Source: Candidatus Mcinerneyibacterium aminivorans
GTDB lineage: Bacteria > Macinerneyibacteriota > Macinerneyibacteria > Macinerneyibacteriales > Macinerneyibacteriaceae
Length of the DNA stretch: 64,000 nucleotides
Direction: 5' to 3'
NCBI GenBank assembly: GCA_008086245.1
Contig: VSIX01000004.1
Location: 6,988-70,987 of the forward strand
Below the pieces are notes generated by a model. It saw only the letters and a program-made list of their open reading frames with translations, did not search any database and was not told the DNA's origin. Positions 20,461 through 28,251 of this stretch are shown piece by piece. Every line of letters starts with the position of its first letter. The stretch's first letter is position 1. The position numbers were made by a program, and so were the translations under genes.

Positions 20461-20510
20461 CAAACCGGTTTGTAAAGCTATTTGCCGGTTAATAAAAAAA
20501 AATGTCGTTC
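20461..20510 (+). promoter_or_regulatory. Putative LytTR-type direct-repeat operator
   Basis: CCGGTT at 20465 and 20485, and TCGTTC at 20505 (20-nt period), between the LytTR gene and the HD gene. The first copy lies in the palindrome CAAACCGGTTTG. Confidence 0.4.
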
Positions 20511-20591
20511 TACGAAATTAATTATTTAAAAATATGCAATTTTCCCTTAACATATATGTATTAAAATGTGGTATTAAAGGGAGGGGTGTCT

Positions 20592-21149
20592 ATGAGGTTT
20601 TATGATAATCATTTTAAAAAAAATAAAGAAGAGGGAATGGAGGAAGCTGTAAAGTATCTTATTATAGCTATACTGGAAAATAATGATACTGAAAGGCCTA
20701 TTCTTATGCATTCCTTAAGGGTTGGATACAGGCTCGAGGAGTACAATTACGAGACCAATTTAATTATTGCCGGAATATTGCATGATATTGTTATAGAAAC
20801 ACATGTTACAAATAAAGATATTGCAAACAATTTTGATCCAGAAATTGCAAAATTAATTAAAGCATACAGCCTATATGATGACTTTACTGAAATTTTGGAG
20901 CAGTACGATTTGAATTATCCAGTGGATTACAAATTTGTAAAAAATCTTTTAGTATTAAAATGTATTGATTATGCTGATATACTAAAACATTATTCTGTTG
21001 CAATTCACACGGAGGAGTATATTCATAAGTTGAGAAAATTTAAAAATAGATTTCATGAAATATTAAAAAATGAACCAGGATACAATCAGTTTTTGGAGCA
21101 ATATGAAAAACTGAATGAAAATCGAAAGTATCATGCCGATAATTTTTAG
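20592..21149 (+). CDS. Divergent HD-domain protein of RelA/SpoT hydrolase (HD_4/Mesh1-like) type
   Basis: ILMHSLRVG...IIAGILHDIVIETHVT..DI...F..EIAKLI pattern. ATG at 20592 after the RBS gaggggt. Confidence 0.7.
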   Translation: MRFYDNHFKKNKEEGMEEAVKYLIIAILENNDTERPILMHSLRVGYRLEEYNYETNLIIAGILHDIVIETHVTNKDIANNFDPEIAKLIKAYSLYDDFTEILEQYDLNYPVDYKFVKNLLVLKCIDYADILKHYSVAIHTEEYIHKLRKFKNRFHEILKNEPGYNQFLEQYEKLNENRKYHADNF

Positions 21150-21232
21150 TGTAGATATATGGAGTAAAAGAAAGATAATCAAACTGAATCATTTATTATT
21201 TCCCAATATGAAGTCTTCTTTAATATGAAAAA

Positions 21233-21601
21233 AGTGTCTGTGTTAGTGTGAGTGTGAGTTTGAAAAAATCCCTGGCGGGATTTATTCAATGTACATCATA
21301 CATTGCACAAAGCACAAAGTTTAAATCTTATTCCTTTGAAGAAATCAAAAAAATCTATCAGTCATGCTGAGCCATAAGCTAGGATCGTGATTTTAGAACC
21401 AGTAGCAGAAAATACAATTGAAAGTTGAAAGATGAAATTTGAAAGTTAAAAATAACACTTCGTGCTTTTCTAGAATTAGAACTAAAACTAGAACCAGAAA
21501 AACTTTAAATGTTACATTCGAAAGCCCGGGATTTAGTTCACTTCGTTAGCTTCAGCAGGAATATGTATGAAATTAGCAAATAATAAATAGTGAATAGCTC
21601 A
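21233..21601. repeat. Non-coding patchwork of different 6-7 nt tandem repeats and short palindromes
   Basis: (A/T)GTGT(G/C/T)-like x5 at 21233-21262; hairpin AAATCCC-TGGC-GGGATTT at 21266-21283; GCACAAA x2 at 21305-21318; TTGAAAG-like x4 at 21418-21445; CTAGAA-like x5 at 21470-21499; TAGnnAA-like x4 at 21574-21601. Confidence 0.85.
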
Positions 21602-21717
21602 AATGTTAACCTTCGAAGAAAATGCTTTAAAAATTATTCTTTCTGATTGATTTTATTTTACATTATGAAATAATTAAACTGGAGTAAATAAAATTAAAGT
21701 AAAATAAGGAGTATATT

Positions 21718-23346
21718 ATAAAGCTATTTAATTTTGAAGAAAATTTTGAATTTATTAACAAAGTAAGAGATAAAGTATCAGGAAAAAACAGATATAAATA
21801 TCTGGTTCTTTTAATAGTTTCATTTATTACAATATATTGGGTGATTTGCTCTCTTTTAGATAGTATAATTTATGAAAAAAATAGTTTTATTAAAGAGTTG
21901 ATTTTTCCCCATAAATATGAACTGTATCATAGACTATCTGTAGCAATTTTGTTGATTATATTGGGTATTGTTTTATACGGATTTTTGAAAAAAGTTTCGG
22001 AAAATATAATTAATATTGCAGATAGGTATGATGAAATATTTAATTATCATACGGATGGAATAGCTATATATAAAGTTATAAATGGCGGTAAAAATTTTAT
22101 AATTAAAGATATTAATAAAACTGCTGAAAAAATTGAAAAAGTAAAAAAGGAGAATATTTTAGGCAAAAAGGTAACGGAGGTTTTTCCAGGGGTTCAAGAT
22201 TATGGTTTGTTAAAAATTTTCAGAAGGGTCTGGAAGACGGGGAAATCGGAACATTACCCTATAAAGGAATATAAGGATAAAAGACTATCAGGATGGAGAG
22301 AAAACCATGTATATAAACTTTCTGGAGATTATATAGTTGCTGAATTCCAGGATAGAACAAAGGAAAAAATACTTGAGAACAAGTTGAAAAAAAGTGAGGA
22401 TAAATTCAGAACAATATTTGAATCTGCACCAATATCCATATGGGTGGAGGATTTTTCGTGTTTAAAAAAAGAGATTGAAAGGATTAAACGCGAAGAAAAT
22501 AGCGATATAGACGAATATATGAAAAAAAATCCAGAATTTGTTAAAAAAGCGGGAAGCCTTATTAAGATTAAAGATGTTAATCCAAATACATTAAAAATGT
22601 ATAATGCAGATGACAAAAAGGAGCTTCTTGGGTCTTTAAATATAGTTCTACCAGATAAATCAGCTGAAATATTAAGAGAAGAGATTGTAGCTATTTCGGA
22701 AGAAGTGAATTATTTTGAGGGTGAAACTATTAATAAAACTCTTGATGGAGAGGAGCTTAATATTTTATTAACTATGGCACTTCCAAGAGAGTCTAAGAAA
22801 TATGATAATGTAATTGTTACAAATATGGATATAACAAGAATCAAAGAAATGGAAAAAAAACTTAAAGAAAAGGCAAAAAGAGATGGTTTAACAGATCTTT
22901 ATAATCATGAAACAATTATTAGGCAACTTGATTATGAAATTGAGCGGGAAAATAGATATAATCTACAATTATCAATAGCAATGTGTGATATAGATGATTT
23001 TAAAAAAATTAATGATAATTACGGTCATCAAACAGGTGATGATATTCTGAAAAGGTTGGCTTTTATATTAGAAGAAAATGTAAGAAATGTTGATATTGTC
23101 GGAAGGTACGGGGGAGAAGAGTTTTTGATTATATTCCCCCATACAAGCTGTAATCAAGCATATAAGGTGTGTGAAAGAATTAGAAAAGAAATTAAGAAGA
23201 AGGAAAAAATAACTGTAAGTATTGGAGTTGTAGAGTTGAAAAATGAAAACTGCAAGGAATTTATTAAAAAAGCTGATGATTTGCTGTATAATGCAAAAAA
23301 TAGTGGGAAGGATTGTATCTGTAGCTGTCTTGATAAAAAAGGATAA
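21718..23346 (+). CDS. Membrane-anchored PAS-PAS-GGDEF diguanylate cyclase (start uncertain: ATA 21718 vs GTG 21841)
   Basis: TM segments and two PAS-like regions; DIDDFKKINDNYGHQTGD and RNVD..GRYGGEEF. Frame is open from 21703, with AAGGAG at 21706-21711. Confidence 0.85.
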   Translation: MKLFNFEENFEFINKVRDKVSGKNRYKYLVLLIVSFITIYWVICSLLDSIIYEKNSFIKELIFPHKYELYHRLSVAILLIILGIVLYGFLKKVSENIINIADRYDEIFNYHTDGIAIYKVINGGKNFIIKDINKTAEKIEKVKKENILGKKVTEVFPGVQDYGLLKIFRRVWKTGKSEHYPIKEYKDKRLSGWRENHVYKLSGDYIVAEFQDRTKEKILENKLKKSEDKFRTIFESAPISIWVEDFSCLKKEIERIKREENSDIDEYMKKNPEFVKKAGSLIKIKDVNPNTLKMYNADDKKELLGSLNIVLPDKSAEILREEIVAISEEVNYFEGETINKTLDGEELNILLTMALPRESKKYDNVIVTNMDITRIKEMEKKLKEKAKRDGLTDLYNHETIIRQLDYEIERENRYNLQLSIAMCDIDDFKKINDNYGHQTGDDILKRLAFILEENVRNVDIVGRYGGEEFLIIFPHTSCNQAYKVCERIRKEIKKKEKITVSIGVVELKNENCKEFIKKADDLLYNAKNSGKDCICSCLDKKG

Positions 23347-23347
23347 A

Positions 23348-23632
23348 GTGATTGCTGTGTCTAATTTTGTATATATTGTAAGATGCAGAGATAACACTCT
23401 TTATACAGGATGGACTACTAATTTAAAAAGAAGACTTAATGAGCACAATAAAGAAAAAGGTGCAAAATATACCAGAGGGAGAACTCCAGTAAAACTGGTA
23501 TATTATGAGAAATTAAACAGTAAGAGCAGAGCATTAAAAAGGGAACATGAGATAAAAAAAATGAAAAAAATTCAGAAAGAAGAGCTTGTTAATAATTTCA
23601 ATCAGGAGTTGGAAGTTTTTAACAGAAGGTAA
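23348..23632 (+). CDS. GIY-YIG nuclease, UPF0213/YazA-YhbQ type
   Basis: FVYIVRCRDNTLYTGWTTNLKRRLNEHN..KGAKYTRGRTPVKLVYYE...ALKREHEIK. GTG start right after the upstream stop. Confidence 0.9.
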   Translation: MIAVSNFVYIVRCRDNTLYTGWTTNLKRRLNEHNKEKGAKYTRGRTPVKLVYYEKLNSKSRALKREHEIKKMKKIQKEELVNNFNQELEVFNRR

Positions 23633-23642
23633 AAAGCGTGGT

Positions 23643-26078
23643 TTACTTAATTTCTAATCCTATGAGAGTAATATCATCATTCATGTATTTTATTTTCTTT
23701 TCGGTTTTTATCCAGTGGATAATTGATTTTATAAGGCTGTTGGATACATCATATATAGTGTTTTCTCCATTTTTTACTATTATATTTTTGACTCTTGATT
23801 CTCCAAAAATTTCTCCTTTGTTGTTAAATGCTTCTATTATTCCATCGGTATAAAGAATGATTTTATCCCCCTTTTTCACATTAATGGATATCTCATCGTA
23901 TTCCTCTTTTTCATTGTATCCTATTAGCATTCCTTTTGCTATAAATTCAGCCAGACTTTTTTCTTCCTTTTTATATATATAAATGGGAGGGTGACCGGCA
24001 CTTGCATATATTACCTTATTTTTTTCAAGGTCTACAAGCATATATCCCGCTGTAATAAATCTTCCCTTGATTTTATCGGATAAAATATTATTTAATCTTC
24101 TTATTAATTCTTTTGGGTCCTGTGCATATTTTTTAAGAGTAAAAAAAGCTATTTTAATCATCGAAGCTATCAATGCAGCAGGGATACCGTGACCAGAAAC
24201 ATCGGAGATAAATATACCAAATTTATTCTCATCAATAACATGAAAATCATAGAAATCACCACCTACCTGTTCCATTGGAATATATTTTGCATCTACAGTT
24301 ACATGGTTTAAATGGGGCACCGTTTTGGGAATAATTGAATCCTGTATTTTTTTTGCGATTGCGAGTTCTTTATTTATAATGCTTAAAAATCCTTTAACCT
24401 TGTTTTTCTCCCTGTTAATTATATATATAAGTATTGAAATGATAAAAAAAACTACTATTAGAATTCCCATTATCCATCTCTGTCTGGTAATTTCAAGTTT
24501 GTTTATTCTTTTATCCTTTTCTAAAAGAGCAATGGCTTTTTCTCTATTCTTAATTTCATAGTTAAGCTGGATAGAAGAAGTTTTTTGAAGCATCCTGTTT
24601 TTATAGTCCTGTATTTTTATGTATTCATTGTAATATTTATTTGATTTTTCTAAGTCGTTGTTTAACAGATATATTGAAGCGATTTCTCTTACTACTTTTG
24701 AAATAAGATTTTTCTCTCCTAGGGCATTTAAAGTTTTATAGGAATCAAATAAATAGATTAATGATTTATTATAGTTTTTCTGGTCTTTATAATATAACGC
24801 GGTGTTAAATAGAATATCCGCTCTGTACATTTTATTTATTTTATTTGTATAGGAGAGTGCTTTGTTTATCTCAACAAATTGTTTATTTAATTCATTTTTT
24901 TTCCTGAATATGATAGATCGATATAAATGAATGTTTGCAATTTCATTGCCATACATCGGTTCTTTAGCTAAAGATTCTGCATATTTTAATCTTTTTTCTG
25001 CTTCTTCTATTTTATCCTGCTGAATTAGTGATTTGGCGATATTTACTGTAGAAGCTGCAATAATATGAGTGTTGTCGGATTCCAGGCTGGTTTTAATAGC
25101 TTTTTTATAATATTTAATAGCTTCGGTATAATTTCCCATATCATAGTATATTTCTCCAATATTATCAATTATATAAGCATTCCTTCTTCCTATTCCCGAT
25201 TGGATTTCTAATGCTTTGAGATATGAAAGAAGAGCATTATAGGTGTCTCCTATTATTTTATATGCCCATCCAATATTGTTTAACACAACGACTTGAAATC
25301 TTTCATTCCCCATTTTTTTAAACATTTCATAGCTAACATGATAAATTTCTAAAGATTCTTCAATTTTTCCATCTTCGAATAAAAGCAAAGCTTTATTAAA
25401 CTGGAGTAATGTTTTGATGTAAATAATGTCTGATTTTTTAAATTTTTCAATCATTAGATCGGTTAGTATTTTTGCTTTTTGATGATCATTTTGTATATAA
25501 AAATTTATTAAAGGAAGAGTTATTACACCCAGATCAAATAAGTAACTAGATTCCTCGATATTTTTTACTGATGTAAGAATAAAATTAAAGTTTTCCTGCT
25601 TGTTTTGAAGTAATAAAATAAATTCACTGCTTATGTTATATAAATTAATCAGGGAGCTGCTGTTAATTTTTTGGGCTATACTTAAGGATTTATTTAAATA
25701 ATACCTGGCTTCTTTATAATTTTTCTTATTATTTAATAACAGGCACCTGTAGTATAATAATAAAGAATGATATTCATTTGGAGTATTTTGAGCATATTTA
25801 TAAATTGTGCTGTCAAGAATTGCCTCAATATCAGGATGCTCTGAAGCTAGAAGTATTCTTATTGAGTCCATGACTCCCCTGTCATAATTTATTTTTAATG
25901 ATTTCTTATAAGCATTATGAGCTTTAGTATGAGCACATTTAGGCTGTCCTTCCATCCAGCAGTTAAAGGCAACTTCTATTTCTCTATTAATTTCTTTATA
26001 CTCTCCAGCAGTATTAGCCAGTGATTTGCTTATTATTGAAATTATAAAAAAAACTAATAATAATTTAAAATATTTCAT
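23643..26078 (-). CDS. Extracytoplasmic TPR sensor-TM-PP2C/SpoIIE protein phosphatase
   Basis: Signal peptide; TPR repeats (LNNIGWAY, IDNIGEIYY); one TM helix; AKKIQDSIIP, VGGDFYDF, ISDVSGHGIPAAL, YTDGIIE and DDIT motifs. Confidence 0.9.
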   Translation of the reverse strand: MKYFKLLLVFFIISIISKSLANTAGEYKEINREIEVAFNCWMEGQPKCAHTKAHNAYKKSLKINYDRGVMDSIRILLASEHPDIEAILDSTIYKYAQNTPNEYHSLLLYYRCLLLNNKKNYKEARYYLNKSLSIAQKINSSSLINLYNISSEFILLLQNKQENFNFILTSVKNIEESSYLFDLGVITLPLINFYIQNDHQKAKILTDLMIEKFKKSDIIYIKTLLQFNKALLLFEDGKIEESLEIYHVSYEMFKKMGNERFQVVVLNNIGWAYKIIGDTYNALLSYLKALEIQSGIGRRNAYIIDNIGEIYYDMGNYTEAIKYYKKAIKTSLESDNTHIIAASTVNIAKSLIQQDKIEEAEKRLKYAESLAKEPMYGNEIANIHLYRSIIFRKKNELNKQFVEINKALSYTNKINKMYRADILFNTALYYKDQKNYNKSLIYLFDSYKTLNALGEKNLISKVVREIASIYLLNNDLEKSNKYYNEYIKIQDYKNRMLQKTSSIQLNYEIKNREKAIALLEKDKRINKLEITRQRWIMGILIVVFFIISILIYIINREKNKVKGFLSIINKELAIAKKIQDSIIPKTVPHLNHVTVDAKYIPMEQVGGDFYDFHVIDENKFGIFISDVSGHGIPAALIASMIKIAFFTLKKYAQDPKELIRRLNNILSDKIKGRFITAGYMLVDLEKNKVIYASAGHPPIYIYKKEEKSLAEFIAKGMLIGYNEKEEYDEISINVKKGDKIILYTDGIIEAFNNKGEIFGESRVKNIIVKNGENTIYDVSNSLIKSIIHWIKTEKKIKYMNDDITLIGLEIK

Positions 26079-26241
26079 ATATTAAATATGTTTCTTTTTA
26101 TTAAAAAGTCAATATTATATAAAAATTATATATAAAATATTCTTTGAAGAATACAGCAAAATAATCTATAATAAAATTTGTTTTAGGGATATAAGAATAT
26201 TTTTGTGGTAATTTTGTATAAAAAGTTGTAAAGGAGTTATT

Positions 26242-28239
26242 ATGAATCAAAAAAGAGATATTAAACCCGAAGATTTATATGATTTTGAATTAATATCAGG
26301 ACCTGAACTTTCAAAAGACGGTAAAACTGCTGTATTTGAAAAACAATGGGTTGATAAAAATAGTGAAAAAATATATAAGAATTTATATCTATTAAATACA
26401 GAAAATCAAGAGATTAGCAGGTTTACAACCGGTAAGCAATTAGATATGAATCCAAAATGGTCAAATGATGGGGAAAAAATTGCTTTTCTTTCAAATAGGG
26501 AAGATGAAAAACAATTTCAGTTATATTTAATACCTGCAAATGGTGGAGAAGCTGTGAAATTAACAGATTTAAATGGTATATTCGGTGAAATTGTCTGGTC
26601 ACCTAATGACAAAGAAATTGTTTTTACCTTTTCAAAAAAGGATGAAAAATTACTAGAAATGGAAGAAGATGACAGCTCTAAAGGTCTAACGCAAAGAACA
26701 ATTACAGATATGTTTTACAAAAATAATGGTCAGGGGTTTTTGTACAGGGATAAGATGCATCTCTGGAAAATTAACATTGAAAATTTAAATATTAAACAGC
26801 TTACTTCAAATAATAAATTTTCTGAAAACAATCCAGTATGGGACAATAAGGGGGATACTATTTATTTTCTATCCAACCGGGATGAGAATCCTGAAAAAAA
26901 TCCATATCTATCAGACATATGCAAAATTGATTCAGAGGGGGAAAATTTAGAAGTGCTTGATTCCAGAAGGGGAAGCAAACATAGCTTAAATATATCGCCC
27001 AATGGTAATTATTTGTCATATGTTGGTTTTGAGATTAAAGAAAAATATGTAAAATTAGATAGGCTCTGGATTATGGATGTTAGGACAAATAAAGAAATGT
27101 GTCTTACCGAGGAATATGATAGAAATATCGGGAGTCATACACTTGGAGATATGGGTGAAGCAACTTTTAGGACACCGGTGTGGAGCAGGGATTCTCAGAA
27201 TTTATATGTTCAAATGACTGAACATGGTAAAGTGACTTTAAATAAAGTAGAAATAAGGGATAAAAGAATAAAAAGGATAATTAACAAAAAAGGTGTTGTT
27301 GGAAAATTTTCTGTAAATAATGATGAAATATACTATTATTTCAAAAGTTTTACCGATCCCAATCAGCTGTATAAGTACAACACAAAAAGTGGAGAGGATA
27401 GCAGGTTAACTGAAATAAATAGAAAAATTTTGGATAAGATTAATCTAAAAGAGCCTGAAGAGGTCTGGTTAGAAAATGAGGATTCTAAAAAGCTTCAGGG
27501 CTGGATACTGAAACCACCTAAATTTGATAAGAATAAAGAATATCCTTCAATCCTGGAAATACATGGCGGACCCCGCGCTCAATATGGATGGGGATTTATG
27601 CATGAATTTCATTATCTTGCTTCTAAAAATTATATAATTTACTTTTCTAATCCCCGGGGAGGAGATGGATACGGACAGAAACATATGGAAGCAATTGATA
27701 ATCAGTGGGGGACAGTTGATTATAAGGATTTAATGAGCTGGACTGATTATATGGAAAATAAGGATTATATTGATAAGAAAAGAATGGGAGTAACCGGAGG
27801 AAGCTATGGGGGATACATGACCAACTGGATAATCACCCATACAGATAGATTCAAAGCTGCAGTTACTCAAAGATGTGTTAGTAATTTAATAAGTTTCTGG
27901 GGCTCAAGCGATATGAACTGGTTAACCCAGATTTTGTTTGGCAGCCTTAAAGCTCCCTGGGATGATTTTGATAACTACTGGAATCAATCACCAATGAAGT
28001 ATATGGATAATGTAGAAACTCCCACTATGGTTATACATAGTGAAAATGACCTAAGGTGTGATATAGAGCAGGCCGAACAGGTGTTCACCGCTTTAAAATA
28101 TCGGGGGGTTGAAACAAAATTTGTAAGGTTCCCGGAAGAAAATCACGGTTTATCAAGAAATGGAAGAACTGATAGAAGAATTTCAAGACTGAAAAATATA
28201 CTTGAATGGTTTGAGAAATATTTAAAAGACAAGGGTTAA
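26242..28239 (+). CDS. S9-family (acylaminoacyl/dipeptidyl) peptidase with beta-propeller
   Basis: IHGGP, GGSYGG nucleophile, HSENDLRC and EENHGLSR motifs; PD40-like repeats. Confidence 0.93.
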   Translation: MNQKRDIKPEDLYDFELISGPELSKDGKTAVFEKQWVDKNSEKIYKNLYLLNTENQEISRFTTGKQLDMNPKWSNDGEKIAFLSNREDEKQFQLYLIPANGGEAVKLTDLNGIFGEIVWSPNDKEIVFTFSKKDEKLLEMEEDDSSKGLTQRTITDMFYKNNGQGFLYRDKMHLWKINIENLNIKQLTSNNKFSENNPVWDNKGDTIYFLSNRDENPEKNPYLSDICKIDSEGENLEVLDSRRGSKHSLNISPNGNYLSYVGFEIKEKYVKLDRLWIMDVRTNKEMCLTEEYDRNIGSHTLGDMGEATFRTPVWSRDSQNLYVQMTEHGKVTLNKVEIRDKRIKRIINKKGVVGKFSVNNDEIYYYFKSFTDPNQLYKYNTKSGEDSRLTEINRKILDKINLKEPEEVWLENEDSKKLQGWILKPPKFDKNKEYPSILEIHGGPRAQYGWGFMHEFHYLASKNYIIYFSNPRGGDGYGQKHMEAIDNQWGTVDYKDLMSWTDYMENKDYIDKKRMGVTGGSYGGYMTNWIITHTDRFKAAVTQRCVSNLISFWGSSDMNWLTQILFGSLKAPWDDFDNYWNQSPMKYMDNVETPTMVIHSENDLRCDIEQAEQVFTALKYRGVETKFVRFPEENHGLSRNGRTDRRISRLKNILEWFEKYLKDKG

Positions 28240-28251
28240 AAGAGGTAAAAG

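Noticed and set aside
21233-21601. CRISPR array
   Set aside because: The units are 6-7 nt and differ between blocks. There are no constant 23-47 nt repeats with unique spacers and no cas genes in the window.
23348-23632. GIY-YIG gene as a mobile homing or REP-associated endonuclease
   Set aside because: The sequence is the short, widely conserved UPF0213/YazA type. It is not in an intron and is not directly flanked by palindromic repeats.
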